From: a virus
IMG/VR virus record: IMGVR_UViG_3300047547_000161
Coordinates: 3,128-67,127 of that record
DNA: 64,000 nucleotides
Direction: 5' to 3' (one strand)
The notes under the pieces were generated by a model. It was not told the origin of the DNA. It saw only the letters and a program-made list of their open reading frames with translations, and made no database searches. The position numbers were made by a program, and so were the translations under genes. Below are positions 8,670-18,470 of the stretch, one piece after another. Within the stretch, counting starts at the first letter, position 1, and each line of letters starts with the position of its first letter.

Positions 8670-9608
8670 TTAGATTTTAGTTCCGCATTTTGAGCAGAAT
8701 TTATCGGTTTTGCCGACCTTACTACCACAGTTTGTACAGTATCTTTTTACCATAAGCTCATCAACACTAATCGTTTTTTGAGATACAGGAAGAAGCTTAT
8801 ACTCTACTGTGTGGAATGGGTAAGAATAGAAGTCCTTACTCACATATTTGAAACTTTGGTTAGAATGTGAACCTTGTTCTACTCTACCAGTTTCAATTGT
8901 TTTAGACAGCTTTCTACTTCTTATTGGAGACGATTTGCGACTTAATTCTTGTGGTGCAAAATCAATAGAACCAGATGTAAGGCTTGACATACCATTCGTT
9001 GTGTAAGTTATGTCGCTAGAATAATAACTAGCAGAACCAATACTATCAGTAGTGACAGAATTAGTGTTTGTCGGCACACTTTTTAAATCGGTTGTTGTAA
9101 CTGACCCGCCAGCGGTTCCACTTGAACCAATACCCAAACTAGATGGTGATGACATTGAGTTATAATACCAATATTGTTGCCAAGATGGTACTGATGGTGA
9201 TAACGGATAGTTGGTTATGACTGGATAAGACACTGGGATTTTAACTTCTTCATTATAGAAGTATACCTTGATGTCCCCATTGTTTTTAATGGCTTCTTTT
9301 ACCTCTTCAGATTTACCAACCTCATAGGTATCAAATAGAAACTTCTGAGCTACATCAATATAACGGTCTAGGAACACTCTCTCACCTGGGTTTAAGACCA
9401 GTCCTGATTGTGAAATCAATCGTCCATTTAATTCGATTTTAGCAAGTACAACGTTTGTTGTTGGGTTGAATAATTCAATCTGGAACTCTTGTCCTTTTTG
9501 AAGATAGCATGTTGGCATTTCGCCAGACTTGTTGTAGACCTTGATTCTACTTTTGTTCACAGCAATGTTTGCTGTAGGCACCTTTTGGGTGCTAGTTGTT
9601 TTGTTCAT
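8670..9608 (-). CDS. Hypothetical protein with C-terminal zinc ribbon
   Basis: Beta-rich N-terminal domain, Ser/Thr-rich linker, YCTNCG...KFCSKCGTKI at the end. Confidence 0.8.
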   Translation of the reverse strand: MNKTTSTQKVPTANIAVNKSRIKVYNKSGEMPTCYLQKGQEFQIELFNPTTNVVLAKIELNGRLISQSGLVLNPGERVFLDRYIDVAQKFLFDTYEVGKSEEVKEAIKNNGDIKVYFYNEEVKIPVSYPVITNYPLSPSVPSWQQYWYYNSMSSPSSLGIGSSGTAGGSVTTTDLKSVPTNTNSVTTDSIGSASYYSSDITYTTNGMSSLTSGSIDFAPQELSRKSSPIRSRKLSKTIETGRVEQGSHSNQSFKYVSKDFYSYPFHTVEYKLLPVSQKTISVDELMVKRYCTNCGSKVGKTDKFCSKCGTKI

Positions 9609-9639
9609 AATGTTTATTAACTTTTTAACATTGTTATTT

Positions 9640-9700
9640 GTACTGATATCTTCGTTGCCTTGACAACTCTAAACCTTTATTTCACGGTCGAGACCAATAC
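9640..9700 (-). ncRNA. Candidate structured leader RNA (three-way junction)
   Basis: Minus strand GUAUUGGUCU pairs with AGAU(AU)CAGUAC and encloses hairpins GACC/GGUU and GUUGU-caag-GCAAC; GC-richer than its flanks; lies between promoter and start codon. Confidence 0.4.
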
Positions 9701-9716
9701 GTTAGTTAACGCAATT

Positions 9717-9747
9717 ATAAATATACACCAAAATAAAAAAAGGTCAA
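9717..9747 (-). promoter_or_regulatory. Composite promoter: TTG-N19-TATATTTA overlapping the late motif ATATTTAT
   Basis: Minus strand TTGACC-tttttttattttggtg-TATATTTATAA. Confidence 0.6.
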
Positions 9748-9751
9748 GTAC

Positions 9752-11158
9752 TTATTGACCCCTTCTTAGTTCAGATTGGTTCACAATATCAAAAATTACA
9801 GCATCTTTAAGTGTTGTAACTTCTTGATTAGAAGTAGATTGGATGTCTAAATAGTAAGTATTTGGTATAAGACTTTGTGTGTCCAATAAAAAATAATAAT
9901 TGTTGTTTGACCTTTCAACTGGTTGCCAATCTATGACGGTGAGTTCTGATTTACCTTCTCTAACATATAGCCTATATTGAAGGTCATCTATGTATTGAGT
10001 TTGTTCTACGGTATACGGAATTCTAGCTGAAACAATAACTTTTCGGATATCACCTCGCTTGATTCTATCTTGGCTACGAATACCAGAGACAGTCACCGCC
10101 ACCTTCTTAGGTAGCATAGTATTGTCACCGATGTTGTAATAATCCATCGAATCTTTTGTTGCAAATTGCATTTCAATATTTGGTCGGCTAATACCGTTTA
10201 CGGTAATACCAGTCCAAGTATCATAATACATGACACCAACATTATCCCCATTTGATTCTATCGTCAAATCTATTGAATAAACACCCAATGTTACGTGATT
10301 AACATCTGAAGATGTATAAGCTGAAATAAGGGTATCTGAACTATCATAGATGTTTACACTTGGTGTTGAATCTAGATTGGTTGGGTTACCATTAAGGTTG
10401 ACGTATAGATAAAGCTTGTTAGGTTTATCCAAAAAGAAATTAGCTCTATCATCTACGATATGGTTATCGTAAATTGTTTCAACATATGGTTCGTAAAATG
10501 TTTGAGTATTATTTGTGAAGAAACCGACATATTGTAATTTTGTCGTATTCATTTCTTCATATGCTCTAGCGTATGCAATACCTAATCCGTAATTTGTAGC
10601 ACCAGTAAGCAAACCATTTACATAATCGGTTATGTCTATGTCAATATTTTCATTACCTTTATCAAAATGTTGTGTGTTTACTGTAATACCAGATGGTGAA
10701 CCAGAATATACACCAGTTCCGTTGGCCCATTCAACACCTGTTTGGGCTTCAACCCAGTTTGATGCTTCGTTTGAATAAGCTGAGTCACCAGCTACAATGA
10801 ATGGTACTTCATAATCATAACCAACACCGTTATCCCAATCTTGGTTTATTTTAAAGACAATTAAATCGAATGAGCTAGCTCTATCTTTCCCACCCATGGT
10901 ACCGTTTAGATATTGAGTGTCAAATGAGCCAGTATTGGTCATTTTAAGAGTGTGTGTAAGTTTGGATAGGTCTGTATATGTCCCACCAGTATAAAGCTCT
11001 CTTAATCTTGTCTCATCAAATTTGAATAAGAATCTACTGTATTTTTGTTCACCAATAGCACCACCATAAAATAACTCAGTAACTGGGTTTAATCCAGTAT
11101 TCACGTTTAAGTTACTTACAATAGTGTTATTTTTATCGAAATATGTGCGTACTACCAT
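9752..11158 (-). CDS. Putative virion structural protein (DNRLRE-like N-terminal beta domain plus Ig-like domains)
   Basis: N/T/G/Y-rich; SRFLFKFD, DWDNGVG, IDITDYVNG, NYGLGI; late motif at 11173-11180. Confidence 0.6.
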   Translation of the reverse strand: MVVRTYFDKNNTIVSNLNVNTGLNPVTELFYGGAIGEQKYSRFLFKFDETRLRELYTGGTYTDLSKLTHTLKMTNTGSFDTQYLNGTMGGKDRASSFDLIVFKINQDWDNGVGYDYEVPFIVAGDSAYSNEASNWVEAQTGVEWANGTGVYSGSPSGITVNTQHFDKGNENIDIDITDYVNGLLTGATNYGLGIAYARAYEEMNTTKLQYVGFFTNNTQTFYEPYVETIYDNHIVDDRANFFLDKPNKLYLYVNLNGNPTNLDSTPSVNIYDSSDTLISAYTSSDVNHVTLGVYSIDLTIESNGDNVGVMYYDTWTGITVNGISRPNIEMQFATKDSMDYYNIGDNTMLPKKVAVTVSGIRSQDRIKRGDIRKVIVSARIPYTVEQTQYIDDLQYRLYVREGKSELTVIDWQPVERSNNNYYFLLDTQSLIPNTYYLDIQSTSNQEVTTLKDAVIFDIVNQSELRRGQ

Positions 11159-11172
11159 GGTTTTGTTTTTTT

Positions 11173-11180
11173 ATAAATAT
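11173..11180 (-). promoter_or_regulatory. Putative late promoter motif ATATTTAT
   Basis: 14 nt upstream of the start at 11158. Confidence 0.7.
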
Positions 11181-11189
11181 CGTAAAACC

Positions 11190-12170
11190 TTAGTTAATAC
11201 GGATGTTTTTAGACAACATTCGTTTTTCCAAATCGTTGGCTTTTGCCTTAAGTTCGGCAATAGTTTGTTGGTTACCGCTAGTCGTCAAATCAGTGGCTGG
11301 GTTACCAGAACCGTTGTGGACGTGGTAAAGTATGGCGTTCTTCAAAAGTATCAAATATTCCAATAAGATATCACCAAAAGGTAGTTGATGGGCATCCTTT
11401 AAAATAAGTGCCAACGTTTCATCACTAATTAAGTCTTTTTGGTCCAATAGATTAAATCTTGGGTTACCGTCTTCGTGTGTTAAGAAGTTAATCTTGTTTG
11501 CAACAACATTTGTAACGGTACCTAATTTAGCCTCAGAATTCTCCGTTTTAGGCTTAATAATGACATCATTCTTCATTTGGATATAAGATTGTGTCTTATT
11601 GTTAAAAACGAAGCCATATGGCTTGCTAGATGGGTTTATTTCAAACTTACCAGCTCTAATTACAACTTGATTGTGTTTTTGGGTGATATCTGTATTATAT
11701 CGACCCTGAATACTGACATCGTTAACATCTGGATATACCCCATCAAGTTCAGGTATGCTATCAACGCTTGTATTTGGTTGAACACTGGCAAAAGTGAACC
11801 CCCTTAGCGCCGTATTGTAATATGGGTCGTTGTTTAGTTTATCTGGTTGGGATATAATTGGACCGATGTATAACCTATCAGCAAATTCTCGATATCTACT
11901 AAAAAACATCACAAAAACCGCTTCTTTAGGTTTAGGGGTTGTGGTAAATGTTTTTGGCAACAAAGGAAAACACCATGGTAAATCAGCATCAAGTGTACCA
12001 TCATCACCACCTGTTGATGCTGGACCCTTGATTCTAACCTTTATTCTACCCATATGGTACGGGTCATCTACTGAGATAACTTCTGCCACCTCTAAGTACC
12101 TGTGCCTTTCGAATAAATGGTCCATTGGGTTTTTATCCCCTCTAGCCGACCTTGATGTACCTTCGTTCAT
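11190..12170 (-). CDS. Baseplate hub/spike protein, gp5/VgrG OB-fold-like
   Basis: AEVISVDDPYHMGRIKVRI...LPWCFPLLP...PKPKEAVFVMF matches the gp5 N-terminal OB fold; C-terminal HVH resembles the metal-binding spike tip. Confidence 0.8.
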   Translation of the reverse strand: MNEGTSRSARGDKNPMDHLFERHRYLEVAEVISVDDPYHMGRIKVRIKGPASTGGDDGTLDADLPWCFPLLPKTFTTTPKPKEAVFVMFFSRYREFADRLYIGPIISQPDKLNNDPYYNTALRGFTFASVQPNTSVDSIPELDGVYPDVNDVSIQGRYNTDITQKHNQVVIRAGKFEINPSSKPYGFVFNNKTQSYIQMKNDVIIKPKTENSEAKLGTVTNVVANKINFLTHEDGNPRFNLLDQKDLISDETLALILKDAHQLPFGDILLEYLILLKNAILYHVHNGSGNPATDLTTSGNQQTIAELKAKANDLEKRMLSKNIRIN

Positions 12171-12343
12171 TATTTATTTAATCGTTTAATTAGTATTGAT
12201 TGGATTCTATCGAAACGTCTATCCATTTCATCCATCTTATCTAAATCTTGAAGCATCTTTATCTTAAGAGCTTCATAGTCCGCTTCCATTTGTTTAATTT
12301 CAAATAGAAGGTCATTGTTTGATTTGTTCTCTAAATCTTCCAT
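12170..12343 (-). CDS. Small coiled-coil hypothetical protein (57 aa, absent from the ORF track)
   Basis: MEDLENKSNNDLLFEIKQMEADYEALKIKMLQDLDKMDEMDRRFDRIQSILIKRLNK; TAATG-coupled at both ends. Confidence 0.8.
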   Translation of the reverse strand: MEDLENKSNNDLLFEIKQMEADYEALKIKMLQDLDKMDEMDRRFDRIQSILIKRLNK

Positions 12344-12777
12344 TATCTTATTATACCGTCACCGATACCCATTGCTGTTGTTGCGCCTTGAGAAACGACT
12401 GGTGCTCCTAAGTTACCAATACCTATGGTACTAACTGAAACACCTGGTGGAATAACGACATCCACTCTAGCATCGTTTAACAATGCACTTATTATTGCTT
12501 TTACTCTTATCACTTCCATAGCTTCCTCGACATTAGGACCATCAGCAAAAACATCACCGACAACTCTACCAGCGTCTGATTGTTGACTTATGATTTCAGC
12601 GGCAATACTCTCTGCTGATAATCCTGGCCTTAACTTAGCCCCAATCATAATCAATGGTGGTGGTAGTGGTTCTATTGGTGCTTCTGGTATTTTAAACGCA
12701 GATAAAACAGTATTAAGAACACCATTTAATGAGTATATGTTTACACCAGTACTTGGTATTGGTTTAGTATCTGCCAT
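12343..12777 (-). CDS. Hypothetical protein, probably virion/baseplate
   Basis: 144 aa, tightly coupled within the late operon that contains the gp5-like gene. Confidence 0.7.
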   Translation of the reverse strand: MADTKPIPSTGVNIYSLNGVLNTVLSAFKIPEAPIEPLPPPLIMIGAKLRPGLSAESIAAEIISQQSDAGRVVGDVFADGPNVEEAMEVIRVKAIISALLNDARVDVVIPPGVSVSTIGIGNLGAPVVSQGATTAMGIGDGIIR

Positions 12778-12778
12778 T

Positions 12779-14227
12779 TTATATGCTGTTTAGTAAACTA
12801 TTCACTTGTGATTTTGGAACCCCTAACAAAGTTTGCATTTGTGCTAATCTGTTTGTGGCTCTTTCTTTTTGTTTCTTGAGCATTGCTGCCGAAACAAGTG
12901 ATGAAATCTCTTTTAATGCAACCGCCAATAATATCTTTATTATTTCTTCCGAAATAGCTTTCATAATACTACTCATCAATTGCTTGTTCTTTTTAATAAA
13001 ATCTATTGCGCCATCAAAATCTGATGTTGGTCCATAGATTATCTTATAGTTGATAACAAAAGCCATCATCACCTTAGGTGATAAGAAAATACTAACAATA
13101 GCTTTGATAAATGTATCAAGAATGTTTTGGATAAAATTAAGCTTAACGTTTGGCTTATCAGTAAAATTGTTTATTGCTGAAGTTGTTGCATTTGCCATTG
13201 ATTCTAAAGCAGAATCAATCGTTTCTTTTCTATCTAAAGGTGTTGTTGACGCTGATAGACTGGTTGTGAACCCAGTTAATTGCTGTACAGGAACTGTTGA
13301 CACCATAGGTACCATTACACCACCAGTAGGATTGGCTGATGTTGGTAGAGATAGGTTTAGAGGTTTGTAACCTTTTTTTCTATGATAAGCGTTTAATTCA
13401 TTTTGTAACGTTTCTTCTTTACTAAAAGCAAACGCATCATCATTCATTGGGTCCTTATTTAAGTTATTGACCATCTTATCAATGATTGCGTTTATTTTAG
13501 CTTCTTCCTCTAATTGCTTTAACGATTTAGATGTTGATATGGTACCAAAGTTAAAGTCTATGGTTTTTGTCAAAACATTTTCTGTGTTTAAAAAAGTATT
13601 ACTATAAATGTAATCATTGTTTAAATCAGTTAATGTTTTAGTATTATACGATGGGTTAGCCTTTATTGTTATCGTATTATTTGGGGTTGAACCCACACCA
13701 ACGGAATTGAATGTAAAGTCTAATATGTTTTGCCACGTATGAGTAATACCATCATCTTGGATTACCCCATATAGGAACGTATTGAAATCTGAGCTATTGG
13801 TTAGCGTTGGTGTAATGTCGTTATAGATTAGGCTACCAGCTAAAGTATTTGGGTCTGTTCGTAACATATCCAAAAAATCAATCTTAGATACTGGTATAGT
13901 TATACCAGCACCTGTGGATTTCAACCAATCTGGTAGATGTGGGTCAACACCACAACTAACTAAACTCTTAAGGTCTGTTGCTAGAACGTGTTTAATGTTC
14001 TTTTCAATAGTCGGTAACGAGTTAGATAGTATTTCGCTGACAGAAGATTTCAACGCCTCATAACCAATAAGCGATTTAATTAAATCACTTAAAAAAGAAA
14101 TACTATCCCCACCGTTATTAATAGACGGTAGAGAAGATGTTTTCTTTAATTTTGGGAGACTTTCGGTAAGCGTTTTAAACGCCGCTATTTTACCAAAAAC
14201 TTGCTTCTTCTTATCAACGATAGCCAT
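12779..14227 (-). CDS. Hypothetical protein, probably virion
   Basis: 482 aa ORF in the late operon. Confidence 0.7.
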   Translation of the reverse strand: MAIVDKKKQVFGKIAAFKTLTESLPKLKKTSSLPSINNGGDSISFLSDLIKSLIGYEALKSSVSEILSNSLPTIEKNIKHVLATDLKSLVSCGVDPHLPDWLKSTGAGITIPVSKIDFLDMLRTDPNTLAGSLIYNDITPTLTNSSDFNTFLYGVIQDDGITHTWQNILDFTFNSVGVGSTPNNTITIKANPSYNTKTLTDLNNDYIYSNTFLNTENVLTKTIDFNFGTISTSKSLKQLEEEAKINAIIDKMVNNLNKDPMNDDAFAFSKEETLQNELNAYHRKKGYKPLNLSLPTSANPTGGVMVPMVSTVPVQQLTGFTTSLSASTTPLDRKETIDSALESMANATTSAINNFTDKPNVKLNFIQNILDTFIKAIVSIFLSPKVMMAFVINYKIIYGPTSDFDGAIDFIKKNKQLMSSIMKAISEEIIKILLAVALKEISSLVSAAMLKKQKERATNRLAQMQTLLGVPKSQVNSLLNSI

Positions 14228-14229
14228 AG

Positions 14230-14622
14230 TTACTCAATATCTAAATCACTATTATCACCAGATTTTTTCAACATATCTCTAATCGCTGAAAAATCATCAA
14301 AATTAGCCTCACCTTGTTGTTGTTGTTCGGTATTGGCTAATTGGTTAACCGCACCACTATTTTTAATCAAATCACTTTGAACCTTAGCTAATTCAAGTTT
14401 AATTCTAATAGCAGAGTCTTTAACCTTCAAAAAGTTGCTTTTTTCTTTGGCTATTTTTGTATAGTCGTCAACATCGTTTGGTGTTGCCGCATTTGCAAGT
14501 TCGTTAATACCGACCTGCGCTTCTGTGATTTGTAAACACGCATCGTTATATGTCTCTTGTAGAAGACCTTCCAACGATGCAGTACTGTTTACTTTAACCT
14601 CTTGTTTTTTCTTTCTTGGCAT
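14230..14622 (-). CDS. Hypothetical helical protein
   Basis: 130 aa; first gene after the late motif at 14639-14646. Confidence 0.7.
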   Translation of the reverse strand: MPRKKKQEVKVNSTASLEGLLQETYNDACLQITEAQVGINELANAATPNDVDDYTKIAKEKSNFLKVKDSAIRIKLELAKVQSDLIKNSGAVNQLANTEQQQQGEANFDDFSAIRDMLKKSGDNSDLDIE

Positions 14623-14638
14623 AGTATGTCCTTTGTAT

Positions 14639-14646
14639 ATAAATAT
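14639..14646 (-). promoter_or_regulatory. Putative late promoter motif ATATTTAT
   Basis: 16 nt upstream of the start at 14622. Confidence 0.7.
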
Positions 14647-14672
14647 TTGAAAAAGACATTTTTTACCATTTT

Positions 14673-15392
14673 TTATAACCCACGCTGCTTTATGAATTCA
14701 TACAGCACTTTATAGCGCTTCATGGCTAAACGTATGTCTTTTGTGGATAAATGGGTGTATTCCCTCATTGTTTCAAGAACTGAGTTCTTATTATACTTTG
14801 AACCGCCATCCATGGCGTCAAAAGCTGTTTCCCAATTTTCGAGTATCTCAACTAAAGCAAAACCTACTTTTTTCTCGTTTTCGGTTAGCTTCTTTTTTGG
14901 TAAGTGATTTTCATTATTAAGCTCATCTTTTATACCTTGGATGATGTTTAATATAAACTCATCTGAAGATATATTATCTGAATCAATACTATAAGATAAA
15001 TCCTCATCTTCTTCTAAATCCATCGAAACGTCTTCATATGAAGTGGTTTGTTTCATCATTTTCTCATCTTTCATTATGAGACCTAGGATGTAGTGTTTAG
15101 TTATTGTGCCAAAATATGAATATGCTTTTTTATTCTTACCCTTTTCAAACTTATGTACTTTTGTCATTAAGAAAGATATTGTGTCACCATGCAATTGCTC
15201 AAATGTATAACCTTTCCTAAATAATTTGTACCTTCTAATTATCGCCTCAACCATTTTAATGAGTGGTCCATTTAACCACTCATTAAAAATTTGATTCCTT
15301 TCTTTTTCGTCTTCCGATTCTAAAAACTTAATAACTGCTTCTTCTTCATTTGGACCAAAGTACGGTTCGTTCTTTTTGCGTCCTCTTTTCAC
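14673..15392 (-). CDS. Phage RNA polymerase sigma factor, gp55-like (late transcription)
   Basis: Region-2-like segment LIKMVEAIIRRY...DTISFLMTKVHKFEKGKNKKAYSYFGTITKHY parallels the gp55/sigma70 KFD..K..F.YF motif; GTG start. Confidence 0.7.
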   Translation of the reverse strand: MKRGRKKNEPYFGPNEEEAVIKFLESEDEKERNQIFNEWLNGPLIKMVEAIIRRYKLFRKGYTFEQLHGDTISFLMTKVHKFEKGKNKKAYSYFGTITKHYILGLIMKDEKMMKQTTSYEDVSMDLEEDEDLSYSIDSDNISSDEFILNIIQGIKDELNNENHLPKKKLTENEKKVGFALVEILENWETAFDAMDGGSKYNKNSVLETMREYTHLSTKDIRLAMKRYKVLYEFIKQRGL

Positions 15393-15394
15393 GA

Positions 15395-16195
15395 TTAAGA
15401 TATTTGTTCGGTATATGTTATTTCTCTATCTTTTGCGAAATAATGTTCTTTTTTAGCCTGTGCAATCCACCATCTGTTTTCATCTGGTTTCATTGTTTCT
15501 TTGTATTGCGCAAACAATGAATTCTTTCTTTGGTTGACGTGTTTATAACCAAATTTAGGGATTACCATAGTTTTAACTGACTTGAAAGTCATTCTAAGCA
15601 AAAACTCATAGATAAAGGTTAGTTTTACGTTTGATTTGAAGCCACCGAATTGGTCAAACAATTCTTTCTTCATTACGATTCCATCAATACCAAAGTTTTG
15701 ATAAGCTAATAGTGCATTGTAATCCAAAATACCTAATTCATCAGAAAAACTTTGCGCCCAAACAGCTTCATTGGTAAATCCTTGGAAGGTGTTGTCTTTA
15801 TCGACATCAACAATAAGTGGCATAAAGATTTCAACATCTTTATGTGCCGCTCTGTACTTGATTACATTGTCAAACCAGATTGATGCGTATTCATCATCAA
15901 ATTCTAGGAAGCTAACCCAATCTGATTTAGCATTAGCAACGCCCAAGTTTATTTGTGTTTGAACGTCTGTCTTACCTTCGTTATCAACGAATGTAATCAA
16001 TGATTTAATGTCACCAAAATCAAATTCGTTTTTAATGTACGACATTGTTGTACTACCTTTAGGTGCTACTATTACAACCTCATCAGGTCTTACTTTTTGA
16101 ACTCTAATGCTTTGAATAGCGTTAGCGAACATTGGTTTTGTTGTGTCATCTAATTCATGTACTGGTAAGATGACTGAAATATTTGTGTTACTCAT
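15395..16195 (-). CDS. Glycosyltransferase family 2
   Basis: ISVILPVH, INLGVANAKSDWVSFLEFDD (GT-A DxD region), LFDQFGGF. Confidence 0.85.
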   Translation of the reverse strand: MSNTNISVILPVHELDDTTKPMFANAIQSIRVQKVRPDEVVIVAPKGSTTMSYIKNEFDFGDIKSLITFVDNEGKTDVQTQINLGVANAKSDWVSFLEFDDEYASIWFDNVIKYRAAHKDVEIFMPLIVDVDKDNTFQGFTNEAVWAQSFSDELGILDYNALLAYQNFGIDGIVMKKELFDQFGGFKSNVKLTFIYEFLLRMTFKSVKTMVIPKFGYKHVNQRKNSLFAQYKETMKPDENRWWIAQAKKEHYFAKDREITYTEQIS

Positions 16196-16198
16196 ATT

Positions 16199-16369
16199 TT
16201 ATTTTTGTTTTTTGTATTCTTCTAATAATTGTCTATATAACAATGATACGGCATCAATCTCATGGAGAATTGATGTTTGTGAGATAACATCACTCGTTGC
16301 GGTTGCTATTACCTTTTCTTCGCCGTTCTCATCTAAGATTGACATCCTTAAAGTATATTTTTTATCCAT
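16199..16369 (-). CDS. Small hypothetical protein (56 aa, absent from the ORF track)
   Basis: MDKKYTLRMSILDENGEEKVIATATSDVISQTSILHEIDAVSLLYRQLLEEYKKQK fills the gap between two GT genes and overlaps the upstream stop. Confidence 0.7.
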   Translation of the reverse strand: MDKKYTLRMSILDENGEEKVIATATSDVISQTSILHEIDAVSLLYRQLLEEYKKQK

Positions 16370-17513
16370 TTACTGTTTCATTTTTTGACGCTTCAAGGTT
16401 AGCTATCAATTTAACAATTTCTTTTTTTCTGTTGTCAAAAATACCACCATAAACTTTTTCAATTTCAGCGGCTTGTCTTTCTGGGGTGTACTTACCACAG
16501 CTTTCTTCCATTGTTTTAAGAAGTTCTGTTGGGACTGAATCTTCCAACCAGTGTTTCAAGTAAGTTGCAATCAATTCTGGGATATTGATGGTTGTGTTTG
16601 TCCAGACACCATTAGATTTGATTGTAAGGTTACCTTCAGCATCTTTGCTCTCCATCCATTCTGGGATAAGGTTAGGCATCTTTCCGATTACAGGTGTCTT
16701 ACATTCCATGGCTTCAAGCGGGAATGTACCAAAACCAGCGGAGTCATCTATCCAAACAGCCAAACAACATTTACCCAATTCTGTAGCAAACTGTTCTCGT
16801 GACATACCTCTCATATCCTTAAATGTAATCCATTTGTATAGTGGATATTGAAGATAGAATGATTTAGCTATTTTAGCAGCGTCTGATTGATTTCTTGTTG
16901 ACAAAGCAACAACAGGTATTTTTGGTTTATCACTTTCCTTAAAGAATTTAGGGATGGATACTGGTACCACGTGAGTGTTGATGCTTGGGAATAGGTTACT
17001 AATGTAGATTGCTTGGTTTTCACTAGTTGTAATAACATCAGCAAAACCGTAATCAATATTCCAACGCTTACCTATAGGTAATAATTCCAATAGGTAATCG
17101 TAGCTTTGTGAAAAAACAATCTTCTTACATGGGAACCCTTTGATTTGGTCCATAATGTTTGAGAAGATTTCTGGTATAACAACAAAATCGTGTGGATTAA
17201 TGTTTAACTTACCGCTTTCAATTGAAACGTGTGGTAGTGCAGCATATTCTTCACCTAGCCAATCTGAGATACCATTACCTTCGGCGTTACCTCTAATTCT
17301 GTAGTCGTTTTTCTCGCACAAAATTGAGGCTTTATAGCCCAATTGGTTTAATACTTTGACGTGTTCGTAAATGTTTGCAACACCAGCTGTTGGGTTACCT
17401 TTTGTGTCAAGGGTAAAGAAATATAGTGTAAATTCATTACCGTTTAATTTGTTTAATACAGATTCAGCATTCTTAATTTGCTCATCTATTCTTTGCAATT
17501 GTTCTGTGTTCAT
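16362..17513 (-). CDS. Glycosyltransferase, GT-B/GT4-like
   Basis: AGVANIYEHVKVLNQLGY, VVIPE, AGFGTFPLEAMECKTPVIG (GT4 E-x7-E region with the first Glu replaced). Confidence 0.8.
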   Translation of the reverse strand: MNTEQLQRIDEQIKNAESVLNKLNGNEFTLYFFTLDTKGNPTAGVANIYEHVKVLNQLGYKASILCEKNDYRIRGNAEGNGISDWLGEEYAALPHVSIESGKLNINPHDFVVIPEIFSNIMDQIKGFPCKKIVFSQSYDYLLELLPIGKRWNIDYGFADVITTSENQAIYISNLFPSINTHVVPVSIPKFFKESDKPKIPVVALSTRNQSDAAKIAKSFYLQYPLYKWITFKDMRGMSREQFATELGKCCLAVWIDDSAGFGTFPLEAMECKTPVIGKMPNLIPEWMESKDAEGNLTIKSNGVWTNTTINIPELIATYLKHWLEDSVPTELLKTMEESCGKYTPERQAAEIEKVYGGIFDNRKKEIVKLIANLEASKNETVNG

Positions 17514-17514
17514 A

Positions 17515-17865
17515 TTAGTCTTGCTCTTTTATAATTTCGTATTTATATAAAGTATTAAAGGCCACTTTATAAGCCATAGGCATTTGTTCTAAAGCCGATT
17601 CCGCACCTAGGGCTGAATCACCTTGGTCATCTGAATCTAAAATGATATCAATACAATTTCTTATGATATCATACTTAGCAGCATCCAATTCTTTCATTTT
17701 TGGTAGGCTTGCTTGAACTGTAGTTGTCTCAATTGTGCCGTCTACAAAAGTTTTAGTTGTCGTTTCAATGCTAGTGTGATATTCACCTTCTTCAGGTTGA
17801 ATAGTGATGATTTTTTCTAGAGTATCTAGGTCTATGTAATAATAAATTCCACCAAATTCTATCAT
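17515..17865 (-). CDS. Hypothetical protein
   Basis: 116 aa, ATGA-coupled. Confidence 0.7.
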   Translation of the reverse strand: MIEFGGIYYYIDLDTLEKIITIQPEEGEYHTSIETTTKTFVDGTIETTTVQASLPKMKELDAAKYDIIRNCIDIILDSDDQGDSALGAESALEQMPMAYKVAFNTLYKYEIIKEQD

Positions 17866-18470
17866 GATAATTCTTCGTAAGTTGTTGTTATTGTTTTTGT
17901 TAATATTTTAGCTCTTAAATCAGAATCATTCATGAATTCTAAAATTGAGTCTAGTGTGTAATCAGCATCCGATTCTTTGTTATATGGAGCATTTATTTTT
18001 ACACTAACTTTGCCAGATGGTTTGGCAGCTAAAGCTACTGGATTAGCCGTAATTAAGACATCAAAATCTGACCATTCATCTTCGTTATTTTTAACGAATT
18101 TAATACTATTGATTCTGGCCCCAGTTTTAGATAAAAAGAAGAAGGTCGCTGGGATTGCTTTATTTACTTCTCTACTGACCAAACAGATTTCGTGGTCAGT
18201 GTCATCAGACATATCTGATAAAAACATATTGAACTTGTTTATTAAACCATCCACCATTTGGTCAGCATGACCAAATATTTCTAATGGGGATTCAAGATAC
18301 AAAAACGTGTTCATTCTCCCAACCGAATCAAAAGCATAGTGCTTTGTTAGGTCAAAAGACTCTATGTCGGAAATCTCAATTTCTGATTTTCCGATGTATT
18401 TGTTGTACGTGTAGTCAAATTGACTTAAAAAGTCTCGTAAAACTTCATTAATACTTATACCTATTTTCAT
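17862..18470 (-). CDS. HAD-fold 5'(3')-deoxyribonucleotidase-like protein with degenerate active site
   Basis: MKIGISINEVLRD in place of IGIDxDxVLRD; DVLITAN in place of DxLIDD; INAPYN near the C-terminus. Confidence 0.6.
   Translation of the reverse strand: MKIGISINEVLRDFLSQFDYTYNKYIGKSEIEISDIESFDLTKHYAFDSVGRMNTFLYLESPLEIFGHADQMVDGLINKFNMFLSDMSDDTDHEICLVSREVNKAIPATFFFLSKTGARINSIKFVKNNEDEWSDFDVLITANPVALAAKPSGKVSVKINAPYNKESDADYTLDSILEFMNDSDLRAKILTKTITTTYEELS

Noticed and set aside
9640-9700. Hammerhead ribozyme
   Set aside because: The junctions read UAGA and GA rather than CUGAnGA and GAAA; kept only as a candidate structured RNA.
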